From an uncultured virus (IMG/VR IMGVR_UViG_3300021400_000864) (lineage: Duplodnaviria > Heunggongvirae > Uroviricota > Caudoviricetes), in IMG/VR virus record IMGVR_UViG_3300021400_000864, positions 55,125 through 75,124 of that record: a stretch of DNA of 20,000 nt; one strand, given 5' to 3'. The notes under the pieces were generated by a model. The model was given only the letters and a program-made list of their open reading frames with translations, was not told the DNA's origin and did not search any database. This document shows, piece by piece, positions 8,787 to 15,691 of this stretch (the first letter of the stretch is position 1; each line of letters starts with the position of its first letter). The translations under genes and the position numbers were made by a program.

Positions 8787-8790
8787 TAGC

Positions 8791-8839
8791 ATACTATATA
8801 TTGTAGTTGAGCAGCGATCAATCATACAATATATAGTGT
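8791..8839. promoter_or_regulatory. tandem NrdR-box-like sites
   Basis: ataCTATATATTGtag (8791-8806) and ataCAATATATAGtgt (8824-8839) match acaCwAtATaTwGtgt; starts are 33 bp apart. Confidence 0.5.
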
Positions 8840-8934
8840 GATTGCGTTTCTACTATATTAATATAGTTTTGACACATTTACACTTTTACGCTTTACTTCG
8901 CTAAAGCGTGAGCGAAGCGAACAGCGAAGCTATC

Positions 8935-9560
8935 CTACCCGCCTAGGACCCGTACCCTAGGCCATCTACCTAATGGAGCTGAGGACTGCCCCATAATGGA
9001 CCTAGGGCAAATGGCCCTTTTCCAGGTCGACAAATGGAGGATTCCCGGACGAATAGATTCCGGGCCTATAATGGAGGGAGGCAAGGGGGCGAAATGAAAT
9101 CCCGGCAGCCTATAATGGAGAAATCAGTGCAATCGCAAAGCCTGTCTGCGTTTGCGCTTATTTCCGGAGAAAGGCCCGGAGGCATGTGGAAATTATCGAA
9201 ATAATGTTATTTTGACCCCTATAGGAGACACGAAATATCGTCAAGTTCCCTCATTCGTTATACTCTACTAAAAAGTGCTCCAAATGCACCAACCGTGCGT
9301 GTTTGGAGCACTTGTGCAATTTGCACAAAGAGCCTTCCAAAGGCTCTAAAAATGAGGGTTGGAGGACATAAAAATGGGGAAAAATACTAGCAAAATACAA
9401 AAATGCCCAACTATACCACTTTTTGGACTAAAAATGGGAACACGCATGGTTGGTGCGTTCCAGACGTGCGCTTGTGCAAGGTGCACTATGAAAAGTTTGG
9501 AATTTCCGGGAAAATTTTCTGGGAAGGCCAGCTTCCAGGGAAAAGGATGGTAATCAGGAC
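8935..9560. repeat. GC-richer non-coding region with short repeats and inverted repeats (candidate ori or genome terminus)
   Basis: Repeated WAATGG, GCCTATAATGGAG twice (9064, 9108), CCTAGG three times, a 12-bp hairpin at 9273-9313, long-range inverted repeat 9285-9303/9439-9457, A-tracts. Confidence 0.6.
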
Positions 9561-9759
9561 TTGCTTACGAGACAGCGAGGAAAACTAGAAGGATGCTCGA
9601 TTAGGCTAGATGGCTACTGAAATGGCTCTCCTCTACTTATACTATTACTAATGGTATTATTTAATATGGATATTAGGATTTATGGTTATACTGCTTCTCT
9701 TTATTCCGCCCTGTTTTTGCTCTTGATGTGATAGTAGTGTAGAATAGATGGTTACTGTA

Positions 9760-9786
9760 TTTGGCGACTCTTTTGGGGTCGCCAAA
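9760..9786. terminator. hairpin, possible intrinsic terminator
   Basis: TTTGGCGACTC-ttttg-GGGTCGCCAAA, followed on the plus strand by T-rich sequence. Confidence 0.4.
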
Positions 9787-9891
9787 ATTTTCATTTTGGA
9801 GTTGTCGTTGATTTGTAGCGTAAAAGTATTTTTCATCTTCCTATTTGTAGTTAATACCATTCTTTGTTAGGGGTTACTATAAATTAAGGTA

Positions 9892-10203
9892 TCATTTTAG
9901 GCACTCTGCCCACTCTTTTCGCCTCTCTTCAAGCTCTATGAGGTAATCCTTATAGTCGAACTCGTTGAGGATGTATATGCTACTCATGTAGCATGGCTCA
10001 CCATACTGTTTATAGAACTCTATACCTAGCTCTATACTGGCACTGGATATTAGTTCTTCTACTGAGAAGCCTGGTGCATAATCCATTTCATACTTAATAT
10101 GGTCTTGCTCATGTTTTGCGCCGTATAATCCCCACCCATGTGCTATAACTCTTACATCTTCATCCTCAGGTCTTGTGTATCTTCCAACATTTATATTCAA
10201 CAT
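9892..10203 (-). CDS. hypothetical acidic protein (103 aa)
   Basis: Start moved to ATG at 10201-10203, which follows GAAAGGAG. Confidence 0.75.
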   Translation of the reverse strand: MLNINVGRYTRPEDEDVRVIAHGWGLYGAKHEQDHIKYEMDYAPGFSVEELISSASIELGIEFYKQYGEPCYMSSIYILNEFDYKDYLIELEERRKEWAECLK

Positions 10204-10217
10204 AATGGTCTCCTTTC

Positions 10218-10418
10218 TCAAAATTCGGGGTCTGTGCTCATCACTACCATTGCCCACTCTTCATCTATAACATCAACGACTACGGAAGGGTCGTTCTTAT
10301 AAAGGTCTGCATAATAGCGGTAGCAGTCTCTTGAATCAGCATAATCCAGATGGTTTACTTCTGTTCTGATTACAGGATTAAGTTTCTTGTTCGTGCTATA
10401 AATTTCTACGGTATACAT
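10218..10418 (-). CDS. hypothetical protein (66 aa)
   Basis: RBS GAGAGGAG, downstream of repeat copy 1. Confidence 0.75.
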   Translation of the reverse strand: MYTVEIYSTNKKLNPVIRTEVNHLDYADSRDCYRYYADLYKNDPSVVVDVIDEEWAMVVMSTDPEF

Positions 10419-10441
10419 AATGGCTCCTCTCTTTCAATAAA

Positions 10442-10496
10442 TAGTTGTTTTCTACTAATTATAGGGTATCACATGGGTGATACCCTAGCAACTGGA
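10442..10496 (-). promoter_or_regulatory. 55-bp cassette repeat, copy 1
   Basis: TCCAG-TTGCTA-N17-TACCCT-ATAATTAGTAGAAAACAACTA; 11-bp internal hairpin at 10462-10487. Confidence 0.85.
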
Positions 10497-10673
10497 TTAT
10501 TCAAAACTTCTGACTAAGAGGTAAACTCCTCTCTTTGCTGTTATCTCTTCGCCATTGATTGGCTTTGTCTCTTCTGCTTCTCTCATTTCCTGGTCATCAA
10601 AGCTGTTGAACATCAACCATGCCATATACTGCATTACAGGTCTCATATTCTCTCTGGCTTCTTCTCTTGTCAT
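10497..10673 (-). CDS. hypothetical protein (58 aa, not in ORF track)
   Basis: MTREEARENMRPVMQYMAWLMFNSFDD...VRSFE; RBS GAGAGGA; TAA abuts repeat copy 1. Confidence 0.75.
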   Translation of the reverse strand: MTREEARENMRPVMQYMAWLMFNSFDDQEMREAEETKPINGEEITAKRGVYLLVRSFE

Positions 10674-10699
10674 TTTGGTATCCTCTCTTTCATAAATGA

Positions 10700-10754
10700 T
10701 AGTTGTTTTCTACTAATTATAGGGTAGCACACTGGTGCTACCCTTTCAACTGGA
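10700..10754 (-). promoter_or_regulatory. 55-bp cassette repeat, copy 2
   Basis: TCCAG-TTGAAA-N17-TACCCT-ATAATTAGTAGAAAACAACTA; 10-bp hairpin at 10721-10744. Confidence 0.85.
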
Positions 10755-10756
10755 CT

Positions 10757-10996
10757 TTAGTCTCTTGTATAAACATTCCACTCATTTAAGGAATACATTG
10801 TGAAGGGCTGTGAAACTTCGTTCTCAGAAGTGGGATAAAATACATTTGCTACAAGCTCACCGGACTCTTCTTCTATCATCAGACTTTCGGCATCTTCTAT
10901 GAGAATCTCATAGCCTTCATATGCTCTTATGATTTCCCCGGTAGTCTCATCTTCAAATCTTGCCCCATCAATTCTTGCGGTTAATAAAATCTTCAT
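10757..10996 (-). CDS. hypothetical acidic protein (79 aa)
   Basis: Start moved to ATG at 10994-10996, which follows GAAAGGAG. Confidence 0.75.
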   Translation of the reverse strand: MKILLTARIDGARFEDETTGEIIRAYEGYEILIEDAESLMIEEESGELVANVFYPTSENEVSQPFTMYSLNEWNVYTRD

Positions 10997-11023
10997 CTTT
11001 GGTTCTCCTTTCAATCTATACAT

Positions 11024-11078
11024 TAGTTGTTTACTACTGATTATATGGTACTACAAGCTGATGCAGTATGCAACAGGA
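11024..11078 (-). promoter_or_regulatory. 55-bp cassette repeat, copy 3
   Basis: TCCTG-TTGCAT-N17-TACCAT-ATAATCAGTAGTAAACAACTA. Confidence 0.85.
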
Positions 11079-11155
11079 ATATAATCTATATCCTCACGCT
11101 CACCAGGCTTTGTTCCTGACGTTTTTATTTAGCTTTTGATAATTTATTCAAGAAC

Positions 11156-11197
11156 AAAAATAAAGCGTCAGGAATCGACTCCTAACGCTTTATTTTT
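11156..11197 (-). terminator. intrinsic terminator
   Basis: Minus RNA GCGUUAGGA-gucgau-UCCUGACGC followed by UUUAUUUUU. Confidence 0.75.
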
Positions 11198-11347
11198 TCA
11201 AGCCTCATAATCTACACACGCTTCTCTGTCTGGAGTATCTAAAATCTCATCCCTTAGGACGCACTTGTAGTAATCAAAGGTTGCATCCGTATAATCGTCA
11301 TACTCAAAGTCCTCTTTAAACCATACACAATCTTCGCATTTACACAT
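11198..11347 (-). CDS. small Cys-rich acidic protein (49 aa)
   Basis: MCKCEDCVWF...YKC...ACVDYEA; ATG follows GAAAGGAG. Confidence 0.7.
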   Translation of the reverse strand: MCKCEDCVWFKEDFEYDDYTDATFDYYKCVLRDEILDTPDREACVDYEA

Positions 11348-11360
11348 AATGGGTCTCCTT

Positions 11361-11528
11361 TCAATCTTCATAAAATGCTCTTCTGGCCTGCTCTTTTTCA
11401 CCCTCTGCTATAAGGGCATCCCTTCTTTTCTTATCTGTCTTTGTCATTCTGCCTTCACATGGCATTGTTCTCATATTCTCACCGCATTCCTTAAAGTATA
11501 TGCAGTTTCTACATGGGTATTCACACAT
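11361..11528 (-). CDS. small Cys-rich protein (55 aa, not in ORF track)
   Basis: MCEYPCRNCIYFKECGENMRTMPCEGR...; RBS GGAGG; TGA runs into the next RBS (TGAAAGGAG). Confidence 0.7.
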   Translation of the reverse strand: MCEYPCRNCIYFKECGENMRTMPCEGRMTKTDKKRRDALIAEGEKEQARRAFYED

Positions 11529-11531
11529 ATC

Positions 11532-11798
11532 TTATTCCTCCATCAAGTATCCACGGACTTCATCATAGTAGAACTTCACTATATTGGTAAACCACTTCTC
11601 GTTGCAATCTATTCTAGGTTTACCTGTATAGATGGTCATGTGATTAGTGTCCTCATTCTCTACTCGGAATATCTCTCTTCCGTACTTCTGTACTTCTCTC
11701 TGTAACCAGTCCATAGCTACATTGTAGCTGACTTCTGATAATACCATGGTGTATCCTGTCTCTTCATCTATACAGGTAGTTACAAATTTTCTCATCAC
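11532..11798 (-). CDS. hypothetical protein
   Basis: RBS GGAGGT; start is GTG at 11798 or ATG at 11795, overlapping the upstream stop. Confidence 0.7.
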   Translation of the reverse strand: MMRKFVTTCIDEETGYTMVLSEVSYNVAMDWLQREVQKYGREIFRVENEDTNHMTIYTGKPRIDCNEKWFTNIVKFYYDEVRGYLMEE

Positions 11799-11983
11799 TC
11801 TATACCTCCACCTTCTTTAAACTCTGAACATAAGGGCTGTTCATCTCTTTCCCAATCTTCTTCACATAACCAAACTGAATCAAATACTTCTTCGTCCACC
11901 TGCTTCTCTTTACTACAAAAGTATATGCGGTCAGACTCATTCCATTCACAATTTACGCAGTTATAACATCCCATCTTACTCAT
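11795..11983 (-). CDS. small Cys-rich acidic protein (62 aa), paralog of 13226..13486
   Basis: GCYNCVNC...YFC...DEE...W...W...QPLCSEFKE; ATG follows GAAAGGAG. Confidence 0.75.
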   Translation of the reverse strand: MSKMGCYNCVNCEWNESDRIYFCSKEKQVDEEVFDSVWLCEEDWERDEQPLCSEFKEGGGIE

Positions 11984-11997
11984 CACTATTTCTCCTT

Positions 11998-12117
11998 TCA
12001 CTTAATCATCAGAACGGTAAAACCGTTGCTGAGTGCTTCGTAGACCTGCATCATTGTCAGTTCCCTAACATCTCTGGTGTTGTCGTTAAATACATAATAG
12101 GTGTGCTTTGTAAACAT
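11998..12117 (-). CDS. hypothetical protein (39 aa, not in ORF track)
   Basis: MFTKHTYYVFNDNTRDVRELTMMQVYEALSNGFTVLMIK; RBS GAAAGGAG right after repeat copy 4. Confidence 0.7.
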   Translation of the reverse strand: MFTKHTYYVFNDNTRDVRELTMMQVYEALSNGFTVLMIK

Positions 12118-12142
12118 TGGTTACTCCTTTCGATGTGTGTTA

Positions 12143-12197
12143 TAGTTGTTTTCTACTAAGAATATGGTACTGCATCTCTAAAAGAAAAGCAACAGGA
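12143..12197 (-). promoter_or_regulatory. 55-bp cassette repeat, copy 4
   Basis: TCCTG-TTGCTT-N17-TACCAT-ATTCTTAGTAGAAAACAACTA. Confidence 0.85.
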
Positions 12198-12216
12198 ACT
12201 TTGACATTCCTGTTGC
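12180..12216 (-). terminator. intrinsic terminator overlapping the -35 of repeat copy 4
   Basis: Minus GCAACAGGAA-tgtcaaag-TTCCTGTTGC followed by TTTTCTTTT. Confidence 0.7.
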
Positions 12217-12226
12217 CTGTGAATCA

Positions 12227-12571
12227 TTATCCCCAATCACCTCTGGGTACTTCTATCAGCTCTACATAATCACCGGGCTCAAGCTCTAGGTCATATACAT
12301 TCTCCGCGGTGTGCTTTCTCAGCACGATGTTATCGTCCTCATTCTGAAAAGCGTAGATGCAGGAGTAAGTGTAAGAGGATGCTCCTGTGATATGAAGGTT
12401 AAACCCGTCTACTGACTCGCACTCTCTCTCAATCTTTCTCCAGGACTCTGCTTTCTCACGGCTGACTGATTTATACACATCCCAAATGGTAGTACCCTTA
12501 TAATGATTGTGAAGGAAATCGTGAATCAGCTCGTCTGCTTTCTTTGTTCCAAGGTTTACTTTTGTACTCAT
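12227..12571 (-). CDS. hypothetical protein (114 aa)
   Basis: Single-gene cassette between repeats 5 and 4; RBS GAAAGGAG. Confidence 0.8.
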   Translation of the reverse strand: MSTKVNLGTKKADELIHDFLHNHYKGTTIWDVYKSVSREKAESWRKIERECESVDGFNLHITGASSYTYSCIYAFQNEDDNIVLRKHTAENVYDLELEPGDYVELIEVPRGDWG

Positions 12572-12596
12572 AATATACTCCTTTCAATATAAACAT

Positions 12597-12651
12597 TAGT
12601 TGTTCTGTACTAATTATAGGGTAGCACACAGGCACTACCCTATCAACTGGA
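12597..12651 (-). promoter_or_regulatory. 55-bp cassette repeat, copy 5
   Basis: TCCAG-TTGATA-N17-TACCCT-ATAATTAGTACAGAACAACTA; 9-bp hairpin at 12616-12643. Confidence 0.85.
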
Positions 12652-12654
12652 ATA

Positions 12655-12918
12655 TTACTCATCACGACTAACAACCTTATCTATATATAGACCTCCATCT
12701 TTATGCGCTCTGCTCATAATCTTGGTGAACAGATACATCAGGTCTGCAAACGTATCATCGTCCAGATAACACTCAAGGTCATCGTCTGTGGTATTCTCAT
12801 CAATATCCCCATCTGCTACCCCGCACATAAGCCAGGGCTCTATCAATTCTTCATTGTTGACGGAGCGTACTAACATCTCCATCGCTCTTACTGCATTGGC
12901 TCTTTCCTTCACATTCAT
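12655..12918 (-). CDS. hypothetical acidic protein (87 aa)
   Basis: RBS GAAAGGAG; D/E-rich core DGDIDENTTDDDLECYLDDD. Confidence 0.8.
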   Translation of the reverse strand: MNVKERANAVRAMEMLVRSVNNEELIEPWLMCGVADGDIDENTTDDDLECYLDDDTFADLMYLFTKIMSRAHKDGGLYIDKVVSRDE

Positions 12919-13001
12919 ATCGTTCTCCTTTCAATCTGTGTACTGGCATTTTCAGCATCTACACTGGCGATATACGCTCGGCATAGAGTCTTACTCTGTG
13001 C

Positions 13002-13056
13002 TAGTTGTTTCTTACTAATTATATGGTAGCACAGAGTAAGTCGTCCTGCAACAGGA
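13002..13056 (-). promoter_or_regulatory. 55-bp cassette repeat, copy 6
   Basis: TCCTG-TTGCAG-N17-TACCAT-ATAATTAGTAAGAAACAACTA; 14-bp inverted repeat 12990-13003/13027-13040. Confidence 0.85.
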
Positions 13057-13221
13057 TTATTCATCTTCCATCTGCTCAAAATTTCTATAGCCGGTTCTTG
13101 CAAACAGAACATCCATCAATGTCTCTTCGGAATATCCATTGATGTCAGTCACCAGCTGTAATTCTGCTTCTGTGGCTATACCTCTTGCAATCAGTTCTTC
13201 CCATATCTCATTCTTATCCAT
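13057..13221 (-). CDS. hypothetical acidic protein (54 aa)
   Basis: Start moved to ATG at 13219-13221, which follows GAAAGGAG; TAA abuts repeat copy 6. Confidence 0.75.
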   Translation of the reverse strand: MDKNEIWEELIARGIATEAELQLVTDINGYSEETLMDVLFARTGYRNFEQMEDE

Positions 13222-13225
13222 AGCA

Positions 13226-13486
13226 TTATCTCCTTTCACTGAAACGCTCTTCATGGGCATATCTATCCCAATACTCATCTTCTTCTGTGGGAGCTTCTTC
13301 ATATCCCGGGCATAAAGGTTCTTCATTGTGCTCCCATTCTTCTCCATTTTCCCAAGCTCGTCTCACCTTTTCTTCATCAGCTACAACATTGTCCCAAACA
13401 GTCGAGACACACTCATAATCATCGGGATCCCAATATCTCCCGGGATAACATTTACAATACTTACAATTTGAACATCCGCACTTCAT
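13226..13486 (-). CDS. Cys-rich acidic protein (86 aa), paralog of 11795..11983
   Basis: GCSNCKYC...YEC...DEE...W...W...EPLCPGYEE; ATG follows GAAAGGAG. Confidence 0.75.
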   Translation of the reverse strand: MKCGCSNCKYCKCYPGRYWDPDDYECVSTVWDNVVADEEKVRRAWENGEEWEHNEEPLCPGYEEAPTEEDEYWDRYAHEERFSERR

Positions 13487-13500
13487 AATCTTCTCTCCTT

Positions 13501-13755
13501 TCAATTAAATACATGGTCATGTGCTTCTGCATATTTGGCACATTCGTGCATGAACCAATATTCTGTGGCATCTCTAATCTCCCCGTCTTCATTCTCATAT
13601 ACAGCGGCTACTGAAATATTCTCAGGCAGTCTCTTTGTGTGATGTTTCCACCACTTTCTCAACTCTTTCTCGGAAAGCTCTCTGTTAGCTCTCCTCTCTG
13701 ACTTTGCGGTATAACCATACATCTCATCAAAAAATACTAAGGTAGGATTCTTCAT
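13501..13755 (-). CDS. hypothetical protein (84 aa)
   Basis: RBS GAAAGGAG after repeat copy 7. Confidence 0.8.
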   Translation of the reverse strand: MKNPTLVFFDEMYGYTAKSERRANRELSEKELRKWWKHHTKRLPENISVAAVYENEDGEIRDATEYWFMHECAKYAEAHDHVFN

Positions 13756-13781
13756 AACTACTCTCCTTTCGATATAAACAT

Positions 13782-13836
13782 TAGTTGTTTCTTACTAAGT
13801 ATATGGTACTATAGATTTTCTATCTCTGCAACAGGA
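13782..13836 (-). promoter_or_regulatory. 55-bp cassette repeat, copy 7
   Basis: TCCTG-TTGCAG-N17-TACCAT-ATACTTAGTAAGAAACAACTA. Confidence 0.85.
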
Positions 13837-13902
13837 ATATTTCATGCTATCCGGCTTCGATTCCTCGCTTCTTTTATCTGCTGACATATAAATTATCAAT
13901 CT

Positions 13903-13937
13903 AAAATAAATAAAGCGCCAGAAAGACTCCTGGCGCT
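13903..13937 (-). terminator. intrinsic terminator, related in sequence to 11156-11197
   Basis: Minus AGCGCCAGGA-gtct-TTCTGGCGCT followed by TTATTTATTTT. Confidence 0.75.
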
Positions 13938-13957
13938 CACAATCTAGTACCTATAAA

Positions 13958-14149
13958 TCAGTCGTGTGTTGCGTGAAAATTCTCTATCGCCCACTTATTA
14001 CCTGTGGCATAGACTTGTCTCTTTGTTCTCTCATAAGGAGTCTCTCTTCTCTGACCTCTACTATTGTCTGTAATAATCATTTCACTTATCGGGCTATCAT
14101 CTACTCTTACTCTACCTCTTCCTGGAACTATTTCGTATCTCTCGCTCAT
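13958..14149 (-). CDS. hypothetical protein (63 aa)
   Basis: Start moved to ATG at 14147-14149, which follows GAAAGGAG; C-terminal TPYERTKRQVYATGNKWAIENFHATH. Confidence 0.75.
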   Translation of the reverse strand: MSERYEIVPGRGRVRVDDSPISEMIITDNSRGQRRETPYERTKRQVYATGNKWAIENFHATHD

Positions 14150-14255
14150 CTTTAATCTCCTTTCTCTCATAGTCACCACATCTCGTATCTCCCACTAAAT
14201 CTCTCTTGGCAAGACATTTCTTATAGTACCTACAGGTCTTAGCTTTACAGCTCAT
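14112..14255 (-). CDS. small Cys4 basic protein (47 aa, not in ORF track)
   Basis: MSCKAKTCRYYKKCLAKRDLVGDTRCGDYER...; RBS GAAAGGAG; overlaps the next gene by 38 nt. Confidence 0.6.
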   Translation of the reverse strand: MSCKAKTCRYYKKCLAKRDLVGDTRCGDYERKEIKDEREIRNSSRKR

Positions 14256-14282
14256 AGGCTCTCCTTTCTAAAAAGAGCTGGC

Positions 14283-14633
14283 TTACGCCAGCTCTCCATT
14301 CTCTTTGTAGGCTTCTTCAGATTCAAGCGCCATGAACTGAACTCCGTTGTAGTAGAACTGCAACTCGTAAGGATAATCTTCATCGTTCCCTCTAGGAACT
14401 ACTGCTATGGGCAGCTCCATAATCTTCGCTACATATCTCAGCGCCTCATTGCCAATGTGTATATGGTCTGTGCTGGAGTAGTTTTTAAGTACGATGTCAG
14501 GAACTATCTCACCCCTCTCATCATCAGACAGGTAGTCAATCTTCTCTGTAAGGGTCAACATATTGTGCTGAATATACATAGCCCCTACCTGTGTGTCTAA
14601 CCACTGCTTAATCTCGTTCTTGGTTGCTCTCAT
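14283..14633 (-). CDS. hypothetical protein (116 aa)
   Basis: RBS GAAAGGAG after repeat copy 8. Confidence 0.8.
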   Translation of the reverse strand: MRATKNEIKQWLDTQVGAMYIQHNMLTLTEKIDYLSDDERGEIVPDIVLKNYSSTDHIHIGNEALRYVAKIMELPIAVVPRGNDEDYPYELQFYYNGVQFMALESEEAYKENGELA

Positions 14634-14660
14634 AATTCATTCTCCTTTCAGAATATATGT

Positions 14661-14715
14661 TAGTTGTTTGCTACTGATTATATGGTAGCATATCTAAAAC
14701 TGTCCTTCAACAGGA
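14661..14715 (-). promoter_or_regulatory. 55-bp cassette repeat, copy 8
   Basis: TCCTG-TTGAAG-N17-TACCAT-ATAATCAGTAGCAAACAACTA. Confidence 0.85.
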
Positions 14716-14717
14716 AC

Positions 14718-14984
14718 TCACAGCAATTTTTGATTTTCCAAAAACTCTTTATGATAGAATATTTCCAGTATCTGAACTACTGATACGCCTAACATATTAG
14801 CTATATTGAACATTCTGGAAACAGACATCTTCCATGTGCCATCAAGATTGCAATACAGATTAGACTGGTCTAACTTTGCGTCCAGACAAAACTGATGAAT
14901 ATTCTCATATCCCGCATTTTTAACTAATGCCTCTAATTTCTCTTTTAACTCCTGCGCTTCTTCGGTTCTTATGCTGTTACTCAT
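14718..14984 (-). CDS. XRE/Cro-like helix-turn-helix protein
   Basis: NIHQFCLDAKLDQSNLYCNLDG...SVSRMFNIANMLGVSVVQIL fits the XRE-type HTH pattern. Confidence 0.7.
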   Translation of the reverse strand: MSNSIRTEEAQELKEKLEALVKNAGYENIHQFCLDAKLDQSNLYCNLDGTWKMSVSRMFNIANMLGVSVVQILEIFYHKEFLENQKLL

Positions 14985-15154
14985 CTATTATTCTCCTTTC
15001 TCCTTAATCTCTCTAATCTTGCTGGAACAACTATAGTGGCATTGCACTCATCACAGCATCTGGCATCTTCTGCTTCTATTACTGGCCAAGGGTCATTTCC
15101 CCAATCTGTACAAATCTTACCACAAATACAGCACTCATATCCTAATTCACTCAT
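14981..15154 (-). CDS. small Zn-finger protein (57 aa, not in ORF track)
   Basis: CCICGK...WGNDPWP...RCCDECN...VVPAR; RBS GAAAGGAG; ATGA overlap with the HTH gene. Confidence 0.8.
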   Translation of the reverse strand: MSELGYECCICGKICTDWGNDPWPVIEAEDARCCDECNATIVVPARLERLRRKENNR

Positions 15155-15167
15155 AATTATTCTCCTT

Positions 15168-15385
15168 TCAGTTTGCTAAAAATGGGTCATTCCACCATTG
15201 CTCGTTTTCAACTACTTCCTAATTCTAAGATTCTTATGTCCTTTCATAAGAAGAAGGTCATTCTCTGTTGGAGCGTACAACATACGCTCCAACGTCTTTT
15301 CTGCGAAAGCTCTTGAGCCCTTACATACTTTTATAAGGCAATCCTTAAAACTCTTTGTGTCTCCTACTATGATGTACTCAGTCAT
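15168..15385 (-). pseudogene. hypothetical gene with an apparent 1-nt frameshift near its 3' end
   Basis: Frame from ATG 15385 stops at TAG 15212-15214 (57 aa). The shifted frame continues EVVENEQWWNDPFLAN to a TGA at 15168-15170 that is coupled to the next RBS. Confidence 0.55.
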
Positions 15386-15663
15386 GCTAATTCCTCCTTT
15401 CTTACATAGTATGCTGAATACTTACCAAGCTCGTTGTACTGGCAGTTGTAAAATTCAAAATGGTTTACTCTACTATCAAACTTCAACTCCCATTCAAGAG
15501 GCTCTACATCAAACTTATCTCCCTTATTGATGTCGAGGTTGAACATATTGTTGTCCACATAAACTTTCACAGGCACAAGTCTAATTGTCTTGCCCTCACC
15601 ATACAGCCTTCTTGCTGTCATCTTAGAAACTCTTACCCATCCATTAACTGTTATCTGATTCAT
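15382..15663 (-). CDS. hypothetical protein (93 aa)
   Basis: RBS GAAAGGAG after repeat copy 9. Confidence 0.8.
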   Translation of the reverse strand: MNQITVNGWVRVSKMTARRLYGEGKTIRLVPVKVYVDNNMFNLDINKGDKFDVEPLEWELKFDSRVNHFEFYNCQYNELGKYSAYYVRKEELA

Positions 15664-15691
15664 CTTGGTACTCCTTTCATATCTTGTGTGC

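Noticed and set aside
9312..9328. Rex box
   Set aside because: 17-bp palindrome, whereas Rex boxes are 18 bp (TTGTGAA-N4-TTCACAA); kept only as an unnamed palindrome.
9359..9860. ORFs 9359..9553, 9403..9588 and 9657..9860
   Set aside because: They lie in the repeat-rich region with atypical composition and without the phage's usual strong RBS; cannot be supported.
12915..13112. 65-aa ORF spanning repeat copy 6
   Set aside because: It crosses the promoter repeat and overlaps a better-supported gene.
13850..13866. tRNA T-loop-like GGCTTCGATTCC
   Set aside because: No acceptor, D or anticodon arms could be built around it.
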